From positions 1 to 64,000 of the IMG/VR virus record IMGVR_UViG_3300037116_000074: 64,000 bases of DNA; one strand, written 5' to 3'. The notes below the pieces were generated by a model. It made no database searches, had not been told where the DNA came from, and saw nothing but the letters and a program-made list of their open reading frames with translations. The DNA is from a virus. Of the stretch, positions 9,725 through 19,127 are shown piece by piece; position 1 is the first letter of the stretch; every line of letters begins with the position of its first letter. Made by a program: the position numbers and the translations under genes.

Positions 9725-9931
9725 ATGGAACTAACTAAATATCGACAGCTGGAGATAATTTTAGCTAAATATAATGAATGTATGATTGAATTATACGGCG
9801 AACTTATAGAACTAGTCCCACCCCAACATAAACCAATATTAATGCAAGGATTGAGATTAAGTTTAATTCAAGTAAGTGAGGCATTTAGAATCGTGTCAGA
9901 TATGATATTTCAAGATAAGATTAAGCCATGA
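9725..9931 (+). CDS. Hypothetical protein
   Basis: 68 aa ORF in a coupled operon. Confidence 0.5.
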   Translation: MELTKYRQLEIILAKYNECMIELYGELIELVPPQHKPILMQGLRLSLIQVSEAFRIVSDMIFQDKIKP

Positions 9932-10266
9932 AACAACCCTGTGAATATGTAGATATCGCTGAAGCCACTGGTACTATCATATTAGACCGTGGTCGTCATC
10001 GCTTTGAATGGAATGCTACAGCTCCAGGTACATTTAAATTATCCGGTGCTAAACATGTTAAATTCTACGCTATGACTAACTGGAAGAATAATGGACATTT
10101 GTCTATTATGGATGGGGTCGGAAGGGTTATTGCAAAGTGGCCATCATTGTTTACTGGTTCGTTCTGCCTGGAAGGCTACGCCGAAGGCGGCTTATATGTT
10201 CGGGTTGGTGCTGTAGGGTCTATAGCGCCGAAAGTTAATATTACGTGGTATGAAGCTGATGCCTGA
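9928..10266 (+). CDS. Hypothetical beta-rich protein, paralog of 1416-1823
   Basis: ATGA-coupled; aligns by eye with the 1416 ORF. Confidence 0.6.
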   Translation: MKQPCEYVDIAEATGTIILDRGRHRFEWNATAPGTFKLSGAKHVKFYAMTNWKNNGHLSIMDGVGRVIAKWPSLFTGSFCLEGYAEGGLYVRVGAVGSIAPKVNITWYEADA

Positions 10267-10720
10267 CCTCAACACAGCCGGATATCAAGCCAGGAGATCC
10301 TGGTCTGATGCTCATTTAACACAAGTCAAGCAAGCTCTTGGGCGGAAATTTATTATTGAAGCTAGTTTTAAACTAGATACTGAGTATGGTACTGATTTAG
10401 TAGTGCCAGATTTAAAATTTGCCGTTCGGTTACGCCAATCGAAATATTCGAATTATAGAGACTTTACACTCAGAAGCAGCGGCGGTGGAGAGCGTTCTGA
10501 ATATGCTAAATTATTAGACATTCATAAATCGCCAGATTTCCTATTCTACGGCTACGCCCTAGATAAAAATACTCTCATGGCCGGTTATCTTATTGACTTG
10601 CCAGCATGGCGTGCTAGTCTTATACTGCGTGAGATGAAGCCTGTGTTTAGAAGAAATAGCGATGGTAGTCATTTCGTGGCGTTTCCTTTCTTAGAATCAT
10701 ATAGTGAACAAATCATATGA
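10250..10720 (+). CDS. Possible PD-(D/E)XK-like nuclease
   Basis: DTEYGTDLVV...FAVRLR...DFTLRS...DFLFYGY. Confidence 0.45.
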   Translation: MKLMPDLNTAGYQARRSWSDAHLTQVKQALGRKFIIEASFKLDTEYGTDLVVPDLKFAVRLRQSKYSNYRDFTLRSSGGGERSEYAKLLDIHKSPDFLFYGYALDKNTLMAGYLIDLPAWRASLILREMKPVFRRNSDGSHFVAFPFLESYSEQII

Positions 10721-10983
10721 AATACATCGACGGCACCGCAATCTTAAATTACTTACAACCGTTAGTCGAAGCTAAACGCCAAGAGCGAAGAGATTTGTCG
10801 CTGAAAATAAGTGAAACAAAATACGGATTAGAGAGAATGGAGAAAGAATGGCTGAAAATTTATATTGAATGTAAACAATTGGAAGATACTATCGCGCCTA
10901 TACAAGTAGCTCAGAGTATGCAGAATGTTATTGCTCTGCCCGTTGAAGGGATTTATGAGGAACCGGATGATGCTTCCAAATGA
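10717..10983 (+). CDS. Hypothetical coiled-coil protein
   Basis: ATGA-coupled 88 aa ORF. Confidence 0.5.
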   Translation: MKYIDGTAILNYLQPLVEAKRQERRDLSLKISETKYGLERMEKEWLKIYIECKQLEDTIAPIQVAQSMQNVIALPVEGIYEEPDDASK

Positions 10984-12049
10984 TTACGGGATCGAAGCCC
11001 ATCACCTAAACCTCCACATTAATCAGGAACAATTCAATAATCAGGTCTTTACTGTTATTGGTCATGTTTCTGGTGTCGATCCAACAACTAATAAAATTAA
11101 GTGTGTCATTCCCACTTGGACCAATGACGATATGACCTATATGGAAACCGGCTGGATTCCATTAGGCACTATGAAGGCGGGTAATCAGGAGGGTATACAA
11201 ATACTGCCCTACGGTGGTGCTACTGTAACCGACCTAACTGGTCAAGCTAATAGTACTGGTAATCCCAAGCCACAACCTGAACAAGTTTTAGTTCATATTT
11301 TAGGACAGAAGAAAGCACTCTATGTAGTCGGTGTGCAAACATTCAACCTACAGGACGTTCCACCATCTGGATATCAAGATAAATCCGGCGTAGCTGCGCA
11401 AGCTGGTGAGTGGCTGTTTAAGCATGCTACTGGTGACTATTTGTATTTTAGTAATCAGAATGCTATTACTTTACTTAGTTATACTAACCCTGCTCCGGTT
11501 TTACAACCCCAAGACGCTCCCGCTGAATTAAATCAATCCATTACTCTTGGAGTGAATGCTATTGGTGCAAATTCTAATAGTAATGGTGATAAGCCAGCAA
11601 CCGTAAATTCAACCCTTATATTGCTTAATACGGCCACTAGTGGCCAAACAAATAATGCCAACACTAATGAAAATATTACCTCTGAGACTCAGGGTTTAGC
11701 GTCTAAGAGCCTGAACATTACAGCAGATAATACCCAGGGTACTGGACGCTACACGATTACTATTAATAGTAATGACTCTGATTTAACGATCAATATTGAA
11801 GGCAATAATAATACATACAACTTGAATGTAGCTGATGGTGTTGTTAATGTAGTCAGTGAAACTAGTAATATTCAATCTAATACAGTTAATTTAGGGACCG
11901 GAACGATGCAGCGCATCCTGAATCATGTTTTCACGCAATTCTTCAACAATCATGTGCATTCCGGTGTACAATCAGGTTCGGGCACTACAGGAACGCCAAC
12001 TATAGCTGCTGATTCCGATCAAGAAAGTCAGAATGCATATTCAAGTTAA
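10925..12049 (+). CDS. Baseplate central spike (gpV/gp45-like)
   Basis: N-terminal OB-like part (GHVSGVDP, ETGWIPL), Asn/Thr-rich beta-helix, C-terminal NNHVHSGVQSG HxH tip motif; true start probably near 10967. Confidence 0.85.
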   Translation: MLLLCPLKGFMRNRMMLPNDYGIEAHHLNLHINQEQFNNQVFTVIGHVSGVDPTTNKIKCVIPTWTNDDMTYMETGWIPLGTMKAGNQEGIQILPYGGATVTDLTGQANSTGNPKPQPEQVLVHILGQKKALYVVGVQTFNLQDVPPSGYQDKSGVAAQAGEWLFKHATGDYLYFSNQNAITLLSYTNPAPVLQPQDAPAELNQSITLGVNAIGANSNSNGDKPATVNSTLILLNTATSGQTNNANTNENITSETQGLASKSLNITADNTQGTGRYTITINSNDSDLTINIEGNNNTYNLNVADGVVNVVSETSNIQSNTVNLGTGTMQRILNHVFTQFFNNHVHSGVQSGSGTTGTPTIAADSDQESQNAYSS

Positions 12050-12061
12050 GGAGTATTATAT

Positions 12062-12214
12062 ATGGTAGTTTTTTTAGTAGTTTTAGTTCCGCTTGTCATA
12101 GCAACAGCAACATTCGATTTGGTTGTTGCAGAAACTGAAGTCGGCATGAAAAAAGTAGGACATGCAGTAGCTGCTTGTTGGCATAGACATCATGTGAAGA
12201 AAGCAGCTCAGTAG
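12062..12214 (+). CDS. Small membrane protein
   Basis: SD AAGGAG; MVVFLVVLVPLVIATAT... Confidence 0.5.
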   Translation: MVVFLVVLVPLVIATATFDLVVAETEVGMKKVGHAVAACWHRHHVKKAAQ

Positions 12215-12226
12215 TATAATAATTCT

Positions 12227-12288
12227 GTACGATTAGTTTAAGCAAGAACCTGATCATTGTAGGTCGGAGATACTCCTAGTATCGTATA
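12227..12288 (+). ncRNA. tRNA-like RNA lacking a T-loop (tRNA pseudogene or mimic)
   Basis: 7-bp acceptor stem GTACGAT/ATCGTAT plus discriminator A, TA at 8-9, D-arm GTTT-AAGCAA-GAAC, irregular anticodon arm around ATTGTA, T-arm reduced to ACTCCTAGT; begins 6 nt after TATAAT (12215-12220). Confidence 0.5.
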
Positions 12289-12374
12289 GATTAGATGGTA
12301 TTACAGCCATCATCAGAGTTAATGAAAAAAGGCCCATCTAAATAAGTCCTTTTCTAGTAATAGATAGTTATGGT

Positions 12375-12400
12375 GAGCCCTGGAGAGATCTGGGGCTTCT
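12375..12400 (+). terminator. GNRA-capped hairpin, possible terminator of the ncRNA locus
   Basis: AGCCCTGGA-GAGA-TCTGGGGCT followed by TCTCT. Confidence 0.45.
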
Positions 12401-12451
12401 CTGTGACTAATTTAGCGAAAGCGCCTAATTTACTGCACAGTAAATAATAGT

Positions 12452-12625
12452 AAAACCCCCCGGTCTTCAAACTCCGGCGGGCTAACGATTTACGGCTTAT
12501 CTGGGTTGCAACCCTAAATAGTTCCTATATCCTATCGGCACAGTCTACAGCCGTTACCGCTTTTTCAAATATAAGCATCCACCGTTACGAAATCTACGCT
12601 GCACTACTGTAAGTTCTCAGCGATT
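12452..12625 (-). ncRNA. Candidate structured small RNA ending in an intrinsic terminator
   Basis: On the minus strand: nested stems TAACGGT/ATCGTTA and ACGGCT/AGCCGT, GGGTTGCAACCC hairpin, then GC-rich hairpin plus TTTT; -10-like TATTAT/TATATT upstream. Confidence 0.35.
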
Positions 12626-12694
12626 AAAATATAATAACATAAACTACCCCCATAAAGTAAGGTAAAATAGGTTTAATTATTATGGAGTTTTACC

Positions 12695-13111
12695 TTGGCA
12701 CAACAACAGCTCTACTTAGAATGCGGCGGTGATTTCGTTTTAAATGGCAATGGTGGGCTACAGTGGGCTACGAATCCGTGGGATGTTATTCGCCAGAACT
12801 TTGAACGCTTCCTTTTTACCTCCCCAGCTCTTAATTCAGTATCCGGACAGCCTCAACCTGCTGATTGGATTTTCTTTCCTAAGTTTGGTCTGGGTGCTAG
12901 TCGTATGGTTGGACAAGTCTTTAACTCAGCTTATATTAATAAATTACAACAAATAGTCTATCAGGGTGCTCTGGCTGCCTCTACAGGTAACAGTAATGTA
13001 CCCCCTGTAGTAACCGTGACTCAAGGTCCAGTACCTAATCAATTAAACGTTCGGGTGGTCATTACACCAACCAATATGCCAGCACAGACGCTGAATGTGA
13101 CGTTGCCATGA
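12695..13111 (+). CDS. Baseplate wedge subunit (gp25/gpW-like)
   Basis: GGDFVL..NGGLQ, WIFFPKFGLG; lies before baseplate J; TTG start with SD GGAG. Confidence 0.75.
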   Translation: MAQQQLYLECGGDFVLNGNGGLQWATNPWDVIRQNFERFLFTSPALNSVSGQPQPADWIFFPKFGLGASRMVGQVFNSAYINKLQQIVYQGALAASTGNSNVPPVVTVTQGPVPNQLNVRVVITPTNMPAQTLNVTLP

Positions 13112-14262
13112 GTATTAACACCCAATCGCTCCAGGCATTCATCACTCAATTTATTTCAGCTTTCGCACAACAAACCGGTGTTACTCCAGTTCTGGGCATC
13201 GGCGATCCATTAGAAGGTCTGGCTAACGCCACCGCCGCTAACGCGATGTATCTACAATTCCAAGCGCAGCAAACTGTTTTCTTCGCCCGTTTACAGACAT
13301 GCTTTGGTCCAGATGTAGACAGCTTCTGTATGCAGTTCAACTTTCCGCGTGAAGGAGCACAATACGCTTCTGGACAAGTAACGCTGGCAGTACCACTACC
13401 AGTAGTAACGCAATTAGTTATTCCAATTGGAACTATCATACAAACGACAGGATCAACAGTACAGTATCAATTAGTAGCGGATACAGGTCAGGCAGCCTAT
13501 AACGTTGGCTTACAGGCTTACGTACTGGCATCCGGGGGACCAACAAGTATCACGGCATCTGTACAGGCTTTAGTGCCTGGTTCAGCTAGCAATGTTCAGA
13601 TTGGGCAGCTAGTTAATTATGGGACTTCTTCGTATGGTTTTACTAGTGTCACTAACTTAGCTCCTATTATTAATGGTGCTGATGCTGAAGCTGATGCTGC
13701 CTATAAAGCCCGCTTCGAAGAATACATTCAGTCCCTATCTAAGGCAACATATTTAGCCATTCTAGTCACATGTCAAACAGTCTTCCCGGATTTCACATAT
13801 ACGATTTTAAACAACACGACTCCATTTAATACTATAGTTCCAGGTTGGTTTACAGTCATAGCCAATAATCCTGGTGAGACAGTTACATCACCACAGTTAG
13901 CGGCACTTCTATTAGCTGTTCAAAATGTACGCGCCTTTACAATTGAATGCAGTGTTATAGCTGCTATACCAGTTAGACCTAATATTAATTTGAATGTATC
14001 AGTATTACCCAATACAGTCCTTAGCACTGTTGAAGCAGCAGTACAAACAGCAATTATTGGTTATGTTAATAGCTTACCTACTAATGCGAAATTATATCTA
14101 TCCGACCTAGTGAATGTGGCTTTCAGTGCATCAACTTTAATTACATCGGTGGAATGGTCATCAGTGACAATTAATGGCCAACCGGTAGATTTTCAACCAG
14201 CTATATTTCATGTTGTGCAGGCTAATGTTAATACGGTACTTGTTGGAATTTACGTCGGATGA
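13108..14262 (+). CDS. Baseplate J-like wedge protein
   Basis: FNFPREGAQYASGQVT, IPIGT, PGSASNV, NGADAEADAAYKARF. Confidence 0.92.
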   Translation: MSINTQSLQAFITQFISAFAQQTGVTPVLGIGDPLEGLANATAANAMYLQFQAQQTVFFARLQTCFGPDVDSFCMQFNFPREGAQYASGQVTLAVPLPVVTQLVIPIGTIIQTTGSTVQYQLVADTGQAAYNVGLQAYVLASGGPTSITASVQALVPGSASNVQIGQLVNYGTSSYGFTSVTNLAPIINGADAEADAAYKARFEEYIQSLSKATYLAILVTCQTVFPDFTYTILNNTTPFNTIVPGWFTVIANNPGETVTSPQLAALLLAVQNVRAFTIECSVIAAIPVRPNINLNVSVLPNTVLSTVEAAVQTAIIGYVNSLPTNAKLYLSDLVNVAFSASTLITSVEWSSVTINGQPVDFQPAIFHVVQANVNTVLVGIYVG

Positions 14263-16337
14263 CCGTTCTTATACCATCATTAGCCGTCGCGGGAGAAATT
14301 GTAAGCGTTCCTCATAACGCACAATCAATCGATGTTACTCTCCCTAATCTTGTATCGGATTATATTGTCTCAGGTCAACTGTCCACACCAACTACCTGCT
14401 GGCTTTCAGGAACTAATGGCAATATCGCAACATTCAGTTTTGGTTCGCCTGCTGATGCAGATGCAACTTTAACTGTTATCGCACTCCCGGCCGGGTTATC
14501 TGGATTAACGACTTTAGTTTTACCTGCTGGTACGCGCAGTTATTCGGTAACTGTACCTACGGGTCAATCAGTATTGCCGATCTGCCAGTGGAATACACAG
14601 GTATGGTATGTAATCGCCGGTAATACATGGACGTTTTATTTCTCCGCACCATCTAGTATCCCCAGTGTATTTTCATACTTAGTTGTAGGGCCTGGGCAGA
14701 ACACGCAAATCAATCAGCAGCCTGTTGATCCAGCTAGTTACACCTGGACGATTGATGCAGAGATGAGTGCTTTTTATCTTCCAATAGCAGCAGTTAGTTG
14801 GAATACGGCCATTGGTTTCATTCCCGATGAAGAAGCACAACGGGTAACTTTACAGTTTACTAACGGAGCACCGGCCTATGCCAGTACATCAGTACTAGTT
14901 GTTAGTCTCCCTATTAATGTATCTATATTCCCATTACCACAGCCAGCCGTTATTCAACAACCGACTCCCTGGATCGTGAGTGTCATCACTCCTGAAGACT
15001 GGGCACTTCGAATGATCGCATTCTTCCCTTATCCCTGGATTTCTGATTACGCCCGAAGTATAGCCGGGATATCGTACGCAATTTTCTTAGCCACTGGTAC
15101 AGAGTTGAATTACATTTCACAACAGTTATACTATGCATGGCAAGCATGTCGTTTACAAACCGCAGTTAACGGTGCCCTGGATTTATTCGCTCAGGATTAT
15201 TTCGGTAATAATCTGCCAAGACAATCTGGAGAAACAGACAATGCATATCGTATCCGTATTCAGGCACTATTATTCCAACCTCAAGTTACGCGGGAAGCGA
15301 TTGTTAATGCTGTTCAGTTTGCATATCCAGGGACCATTGTTCGCGCTCTTGAGCCTTGGGCTGTATCCGACACAGGTTACTTCGCAGACAACACATCAGA
15401 TTATAGTGGTAGTTATTACGACTATGACAGTCCGACTATCCCAAGTTTATATGGCAATCAGCAAGCGCGTTATCAAGGTTATTTCGAAATTCAATTAGCA
15501 CCGGCTACTGAATTATCTTATAGCCTCTGGGGATTCGATTTCGCCTCAGCTTATGATGCAGTAACAGGCTGGTTCTTCGAACCAGTGACAGCGCTACAGA
15601 CACAGATTGGCTTAATCAATAACTTAATCAATCAAATTACAGCACAGGGAACTCAGATATTTGTTAAGTATATTGCTGGAATTATCAATCCGTTTTCAGT
15701 GGGTGGTAGCTTCCCGATTGCCACCGGGAGATGGAATTTCACAGTCAATGTGCCAAACTCTATTGGATTTTATCTATTCTTCTGTCAACTAAGCCAACCA
15801 ATCAGTATCTGGGAAACATCCGCGCCGGCACTAAGTTTTGGACTGACATCATCGGCTCCAGTACCATCGGGAACGATATTAAACTATTTAGCTATAGAAA
15901 ATGCCACTCAAGGAGTGGGAATAGCAGCGATTAATCGTGGAGACACGGGATATCACTATTCGGGGGATGCTGTTAATAACATCGTATTAATTCAACCAGA
16001 GTGGAATACATCATATTTCTATACAGGGCGTTCAGTTAATGCGATTAACTTCGAATTTGGATCTCCGGCACCTGTTGGTACATTGGCTAATACCTTAAAA
16101 GTTCCTCTCAGTGGACAAGCAGGGTATGCCGCAGTTGCTGCGAATGCTCTAACTAAGACTATAGCCCTAACGGTAGACCAACAGAACATACCTTTATGCG
16201 TACCGAATTGGAATACAATCGTTGGTTGCACACCTGATCCGGTGAATAATCAGATTCACTTAACATTTTCAGTTCCTGCTCCGCCAGATTCATCAGGTGA
16301 AATTATGTTTATTGCTTACAACGTGACGCCAGTTTAA
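14259..16337 (+). CDS. Baseplate wedge gpI/gp48-like protein with repeated flanking beta modules
   Basis: Core RLQTAVNGALDLFAQDYFG..LPRQSGETDNAYRIRI flanked by about six WNT-type repeats. Confidence 0.75.
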   Translation: MTVLIPSLAVAGEIVSVPHNAQSIDVTLPNLVSDYIVSGQLSTPTTCWLSGTNGNIATFSFGSPADADATLTVIALPAGLSGLTTLVLPAGTRSYSVTVPTGQSVLPICQWNTQVWYVIAGNTWTFYFSAPSSIPSVFSYLVVGPGQNTQINQQPVDPASYTWTIDAEMSAFYLPIAAVSWNTAIGFIPDEEAQRVTLQFTNGAPAYASTSVLVVSLPINVSIFPLPQPAVIQQPTPWIVSVITPEDWALRMIAFFPYPWISDYARSIAGISYAIFLATGTELNYISQQLYYAWQACRLQTAVNGALDLFAQDYFGNNLPRQSGETDNAYRIRIQALLFQPQVTREAIVNAVQFAYPGTIVRALEPWAVSDTGYFADNTSDYSGSYYDYDSPTIPSLYGNQQARYQGYFEIQLAPATELSYSLWGFDFASAYDAVTGWFFEPVTALQTQIGLINNLINQITAQGTQIFVKYIAGIINPFSVGGSFPIATGRWNFTVNVPNSIGFYLFFCQLSQPISIWETSAPALSFGLTSSAPVPSGTILNYLAIENATQGVGIAAINRGDTGYHYSGDAVNNIVLIQPEWNTSYFYTGRSVNAINFEFGSPAPVGTLANTLKVPLSGQAGYAAVAANALTKTIALTVDQQNIPLCVPNWNTIVGCTPDPVNNQIHLTFSVPAPPDSSGEIMFIAYNVTPV

Positions 16338-16373
16338 GGTAGAATAGAGACTAACTTCGGGAGAAATTTCTTA

Positions 16374-17996
16374 ATGCAAGCTAGACCTATTGTTTACACC
16401 CTTGAACAGATCCAAAGCGCTGATATCCTTGGTGGATGGGTAGATACTCTTATCGGTGATGGGAACGGCTTACAAGTTGTTCTAGGTGCTACCGGTACAG
16501 TTATTTCCAATTTAGTAGTCACACCTACTATCGGTCCTAGCCTAACATTAAATATATCTAATGGCTTTATCGCTTCTCTGAACACTGTAGACCAATCGGC
16601 TTACGGTTCTTTAACAGCCAACACGACACAAGTTTTACAGCTAGGTGGTAATTTAGTAACATCTGTTTTAATAGATAATGCTGGCTTATCAGCAGGGCAA
16701 GCACAATATATATTGATTCAAGCTGGTTATATAGAACTAGATAGTGATCCTGTCGTTCTTCCTTACGTAAATATTTCGAATCCTTCCTCACCATTTTATG
16801 GACCATCGAATTCAGGTATCGCTCAAGACACTGTTAGAAACGCTGTCTGTGATATCCAAGTGAAATATGGTACTCCAGCAACGGCTGGTAGTGAAGTTCC
16901 TCCTTCACCAGATGCTAATTATGTCACAGTAGCTTATATAGATTTAGCTCATGGACAAGTAGCCATTACGGGTGGAGAAATCCTTAATCCTAATTTAGTC
17001 GCCGGCGGAACTGATTCACCAGTATTGGCGGGGTTATTAAACTCACATCATCACGGGATCGCTGGTGAGGCACCGCAAGTAGATTTAACTAGTGAAGTAC
17101 GTAATCTACTGCCAATGGCAAACTTGTTTGCTAGTAATATTATTGGAGCAGTAACAGCCTTCAGAACTGGTTCAGGTAATCCTAACGGAGTTCTGGCCGG
17201 AAATGCCAACCATAATGGAGTTTGTGATAGTTATTATGATGTAACTAATAATGCATTTTATATGTGTACAACAACCGGTAGTTCTAGCAGTGCTGTGTGG
17301 ACATCAACTAACTTACCTGCATCACATCAGTTTAATTTAAAAGTTTTTACAACATCAGGCAGTTATACACCATCAGTTGGTACCAAGTATATCTCAGTAG
17401 CTGTAACAGGCGCTGGTGGTTCTGGACAAGGAACTGTTCCTGGTTCTGCTGCTGGTTCTGGTGGTGGCGGTGGTGGCACTGCGTTATCTATATTACCAAC
17501 TACTGGATTAACATTCCCCGCAACGATTACAATTGGAACAGGGGCAGCTGGAAATTCTGGGCAAGGCGCTGGTAATAATGGTACTAATTCACAATTTGCC
17601 ACATCTGAAATCGGTACTAACTTAACCGGGTATGCCGGTGAAGGTTCTTATGGATTAACTTACTCACCACAACCTGGAGTAAACGGTGGGGCTGGCGGAG
17701 GTTCATGGCAAAGTGCTCCTGTAATGGGTACTATTACTGTAAATTCTGTAGCTTATCCTTTTATCAATCTCTTTGGTAGTCCAGGCGCTTGTGGCGATGG
17801 AGGTTCGGGTGGTAATGGTGGTGCTTCCATGTTCGGTGGTGGAGGTATTTCTGGTTCAGGACAAAACGGACCGGCTTCGCCTATACCTGGTGGTTTTGGC
17901 GGTGGTGGCGCAGGATACAATAATCTTGATGCAACACATACTGGATCTAATGGACAAAATGGTGTCTGTGTTGTTATTGAATTTGTAGGTAATTAA
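16374..17996 (+). CDS. Main tail fibre protein with glycine-rich C-terminal domain
   Basis: Follows the wedge genes; FTTSGSYTP...AVTGAGGSG...GQNGVCVVIEF Gly-rich domain; no signal peptide. Confidence 0.8.
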   Translation: MQARPIVYTLEQIQSADILGGWVDTLIGDGNGLQVVLGATGTVISNLVVTPTIGPSLTLNISNGFIASLNTVDQSAYGSLTANTTQVLQLGGNLVTSVLIDNAGLSAGQAQYILIQAGYIELDSDPVVLPYVNISNPSSPFYGPSNSGIAQDTVRNAVCDIQVKYGTPATAGSEVPPSPDANYVTVAYIDLAHGQVAITGGEILNPNLVAGGTDSPVLAGLLNSHHHGIAGEAPQVDLTSEVRNLLPMANLFASNIIGAVTAFRTGSGNPNGVLAGNANHNGVCDSYYDVTNNAFYMCTTTGSSSSAVWTSTNLPASHQFNLKVFTTSGSYTPSVGTKYISVAVTGAGGSGQGTVPGSAAGSGGGGGGTALSILPTTGLTFPATITIGTGAAGNSGQGAGNNGTNSQFATSEIGTNLTGYAGEGSYGLTYSPQPGVNGGAGGGSWQSAPVMGTITVNSVAYPFINLFGSPGACGDGGSGGNGGASMFGGGGISGSGQNGPASPIPGGFGGGGAGYNNLDATHTGSNGQNGVCVVIEFVGN

Positions 17997-17998
17997 TC

Positions 17999-18430
17999 AT
18001 GGCATTGTATCCTAATCCTCCTTCAGCATTTATGAGTCAGTATCATAGCTATGGACTAATTGGTATAGTTGGGCAAAATCCATCACAACCTAATTTTGAA
18101 TTACAATTTTCTAGTTCTGCTACTGATTCACAAAAAACTTTTGTAGAAACACAGGCTCAAACTTTTGATTGGATTCCTTATGTTCCAGCCCCTGGTCCAA
18201 ATGTATTAGGATTTACTAATACAGTTATGTCTGATGATACAATTCCAGCTCAAGCACAAATGGGTTTAGCGGCATGGTATCCACAGTTACAAATGTTTAT
18301 CAATAATTCATCTGTTATTAAATCCGGTTGGGCTAATTTAGTTTTAACATTTGAAAGCACTTGGTTGACTTCACAAGTACAAACGTCTGTGCTAGCATAT
18401 GCTTTAGAATTTAATATTCCATTAGTTTAA
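17999..18430 (+). CDS. Possible tail fibre assembly protein
   Basis: Position directly after the fibre gene; 143 aa. Confidence 0.4.
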   Translation: MALYPNPPSAFMSQYHSYGLIGIVGQNPSQPNFELQFSSSATDSQKTFVETQAQTFDWIPYVPAPGPNVLGFTNTVMSDDTIPAQAQMGLAAWYPQLQMFINNSSVIKSGWANLVLTFESTWLTSQVQTSVLAYALEFNIPLV

Positions 18431-18443
18431 TTTAGGAGCAATC

Positions 18444-19118
18444 ATGAAAAGTTTAATACTCACTTTAGCATTTATCGCAGGCACTCCATGCTTTGCACAA
18501 TCTTTATCTCCTGGTGATATTCCAGCGATTAATCTAGAATCAAATAATGCCCGCGGTGGTGTTACTGGTGTGCTTCCATTAGCCAATGGCGGTACTGGTG
18601 GTTCTGCTCCGAATATTAACTTAGCCACTCAAGTAACAGGTATACTATCTAATGCTAATGGTGGTAGTGGAGTGAGTGCGGCGGCAGTAACGAACGGTCA
18701 ATTATTAGTTGGTAAAACTTCAGATCATAGTTTGAATTTAGCAACATTAACAGCCGGTGCCAATGTAACAGTCACTAATGGTGCAGGAACGATTACAGTA
18801 GCTGCTGCCAATACCTATACTCCAACAGTCAGTCAACCAACAGCTTCAACGCTTGCGGCTGCTTTCGATAATGCATATCTTATAGATACAACTGCCAATG
18901 CCTGTGCAGTCACATTGCCAACAGCAGTGGGACATGCTGGACATCAGATAGTTGTTTTCTTACAAGTTAAGGGTGGAAGTAATGCCGTGACAATGGCATC
19001 TACATCATCACAAACTATTAATGCTGCTGCTGCTTCAGGGTTTGGCATATCTACCGCTAATAAATCTTATACATTCATGAGCGATGGTGCTAACTTTGTA
19101 GTTATTGCTTCTGAATAA
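18444..19118 (+). CDS. Fibre-like protein with signal peptide
   Basis: MKSLILTLAFIAGTPCFA|QS; VTGVLPLANGGTG shaft motif; C-terminal IDTT..VTLP..SDGAN module. Confidence 0.7.
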   Translation: MKSLILTLAFIAGTPCFAQSLSPGDIPAINLESNNARGGVTGVLPLANGGTGGSAPNINLATQVTGILSNANGGSGVSAAAVTNGQLLVGKTSDHSLNLATLTAGANVTVTNGAGTITVAAANTYTPTVSQPTASTLAAAFDNAYLIDTTANACAVTLPTAVGHAGHQIVVFLQVKGGSNAVTMASTSSQTINAAAASGFGISTANKSYTFMSDGANFVVIASE

Positions 19119-19127
19119 CAAGGAACT

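Noticed and set aside
12290-12340. CTGATGA on the minus strand (12310-12316) suggesting a hammerhead ribozyme
   Set aside because: The following stem is not followed by the required GAAA, and stems I and III cannot be built
12641-12670. AACTACCCC resembling an IS200/IS605 (IscB) end
   Set aside because: No hairpin continuation and no IscB/TnpB/TnpA gene nearby
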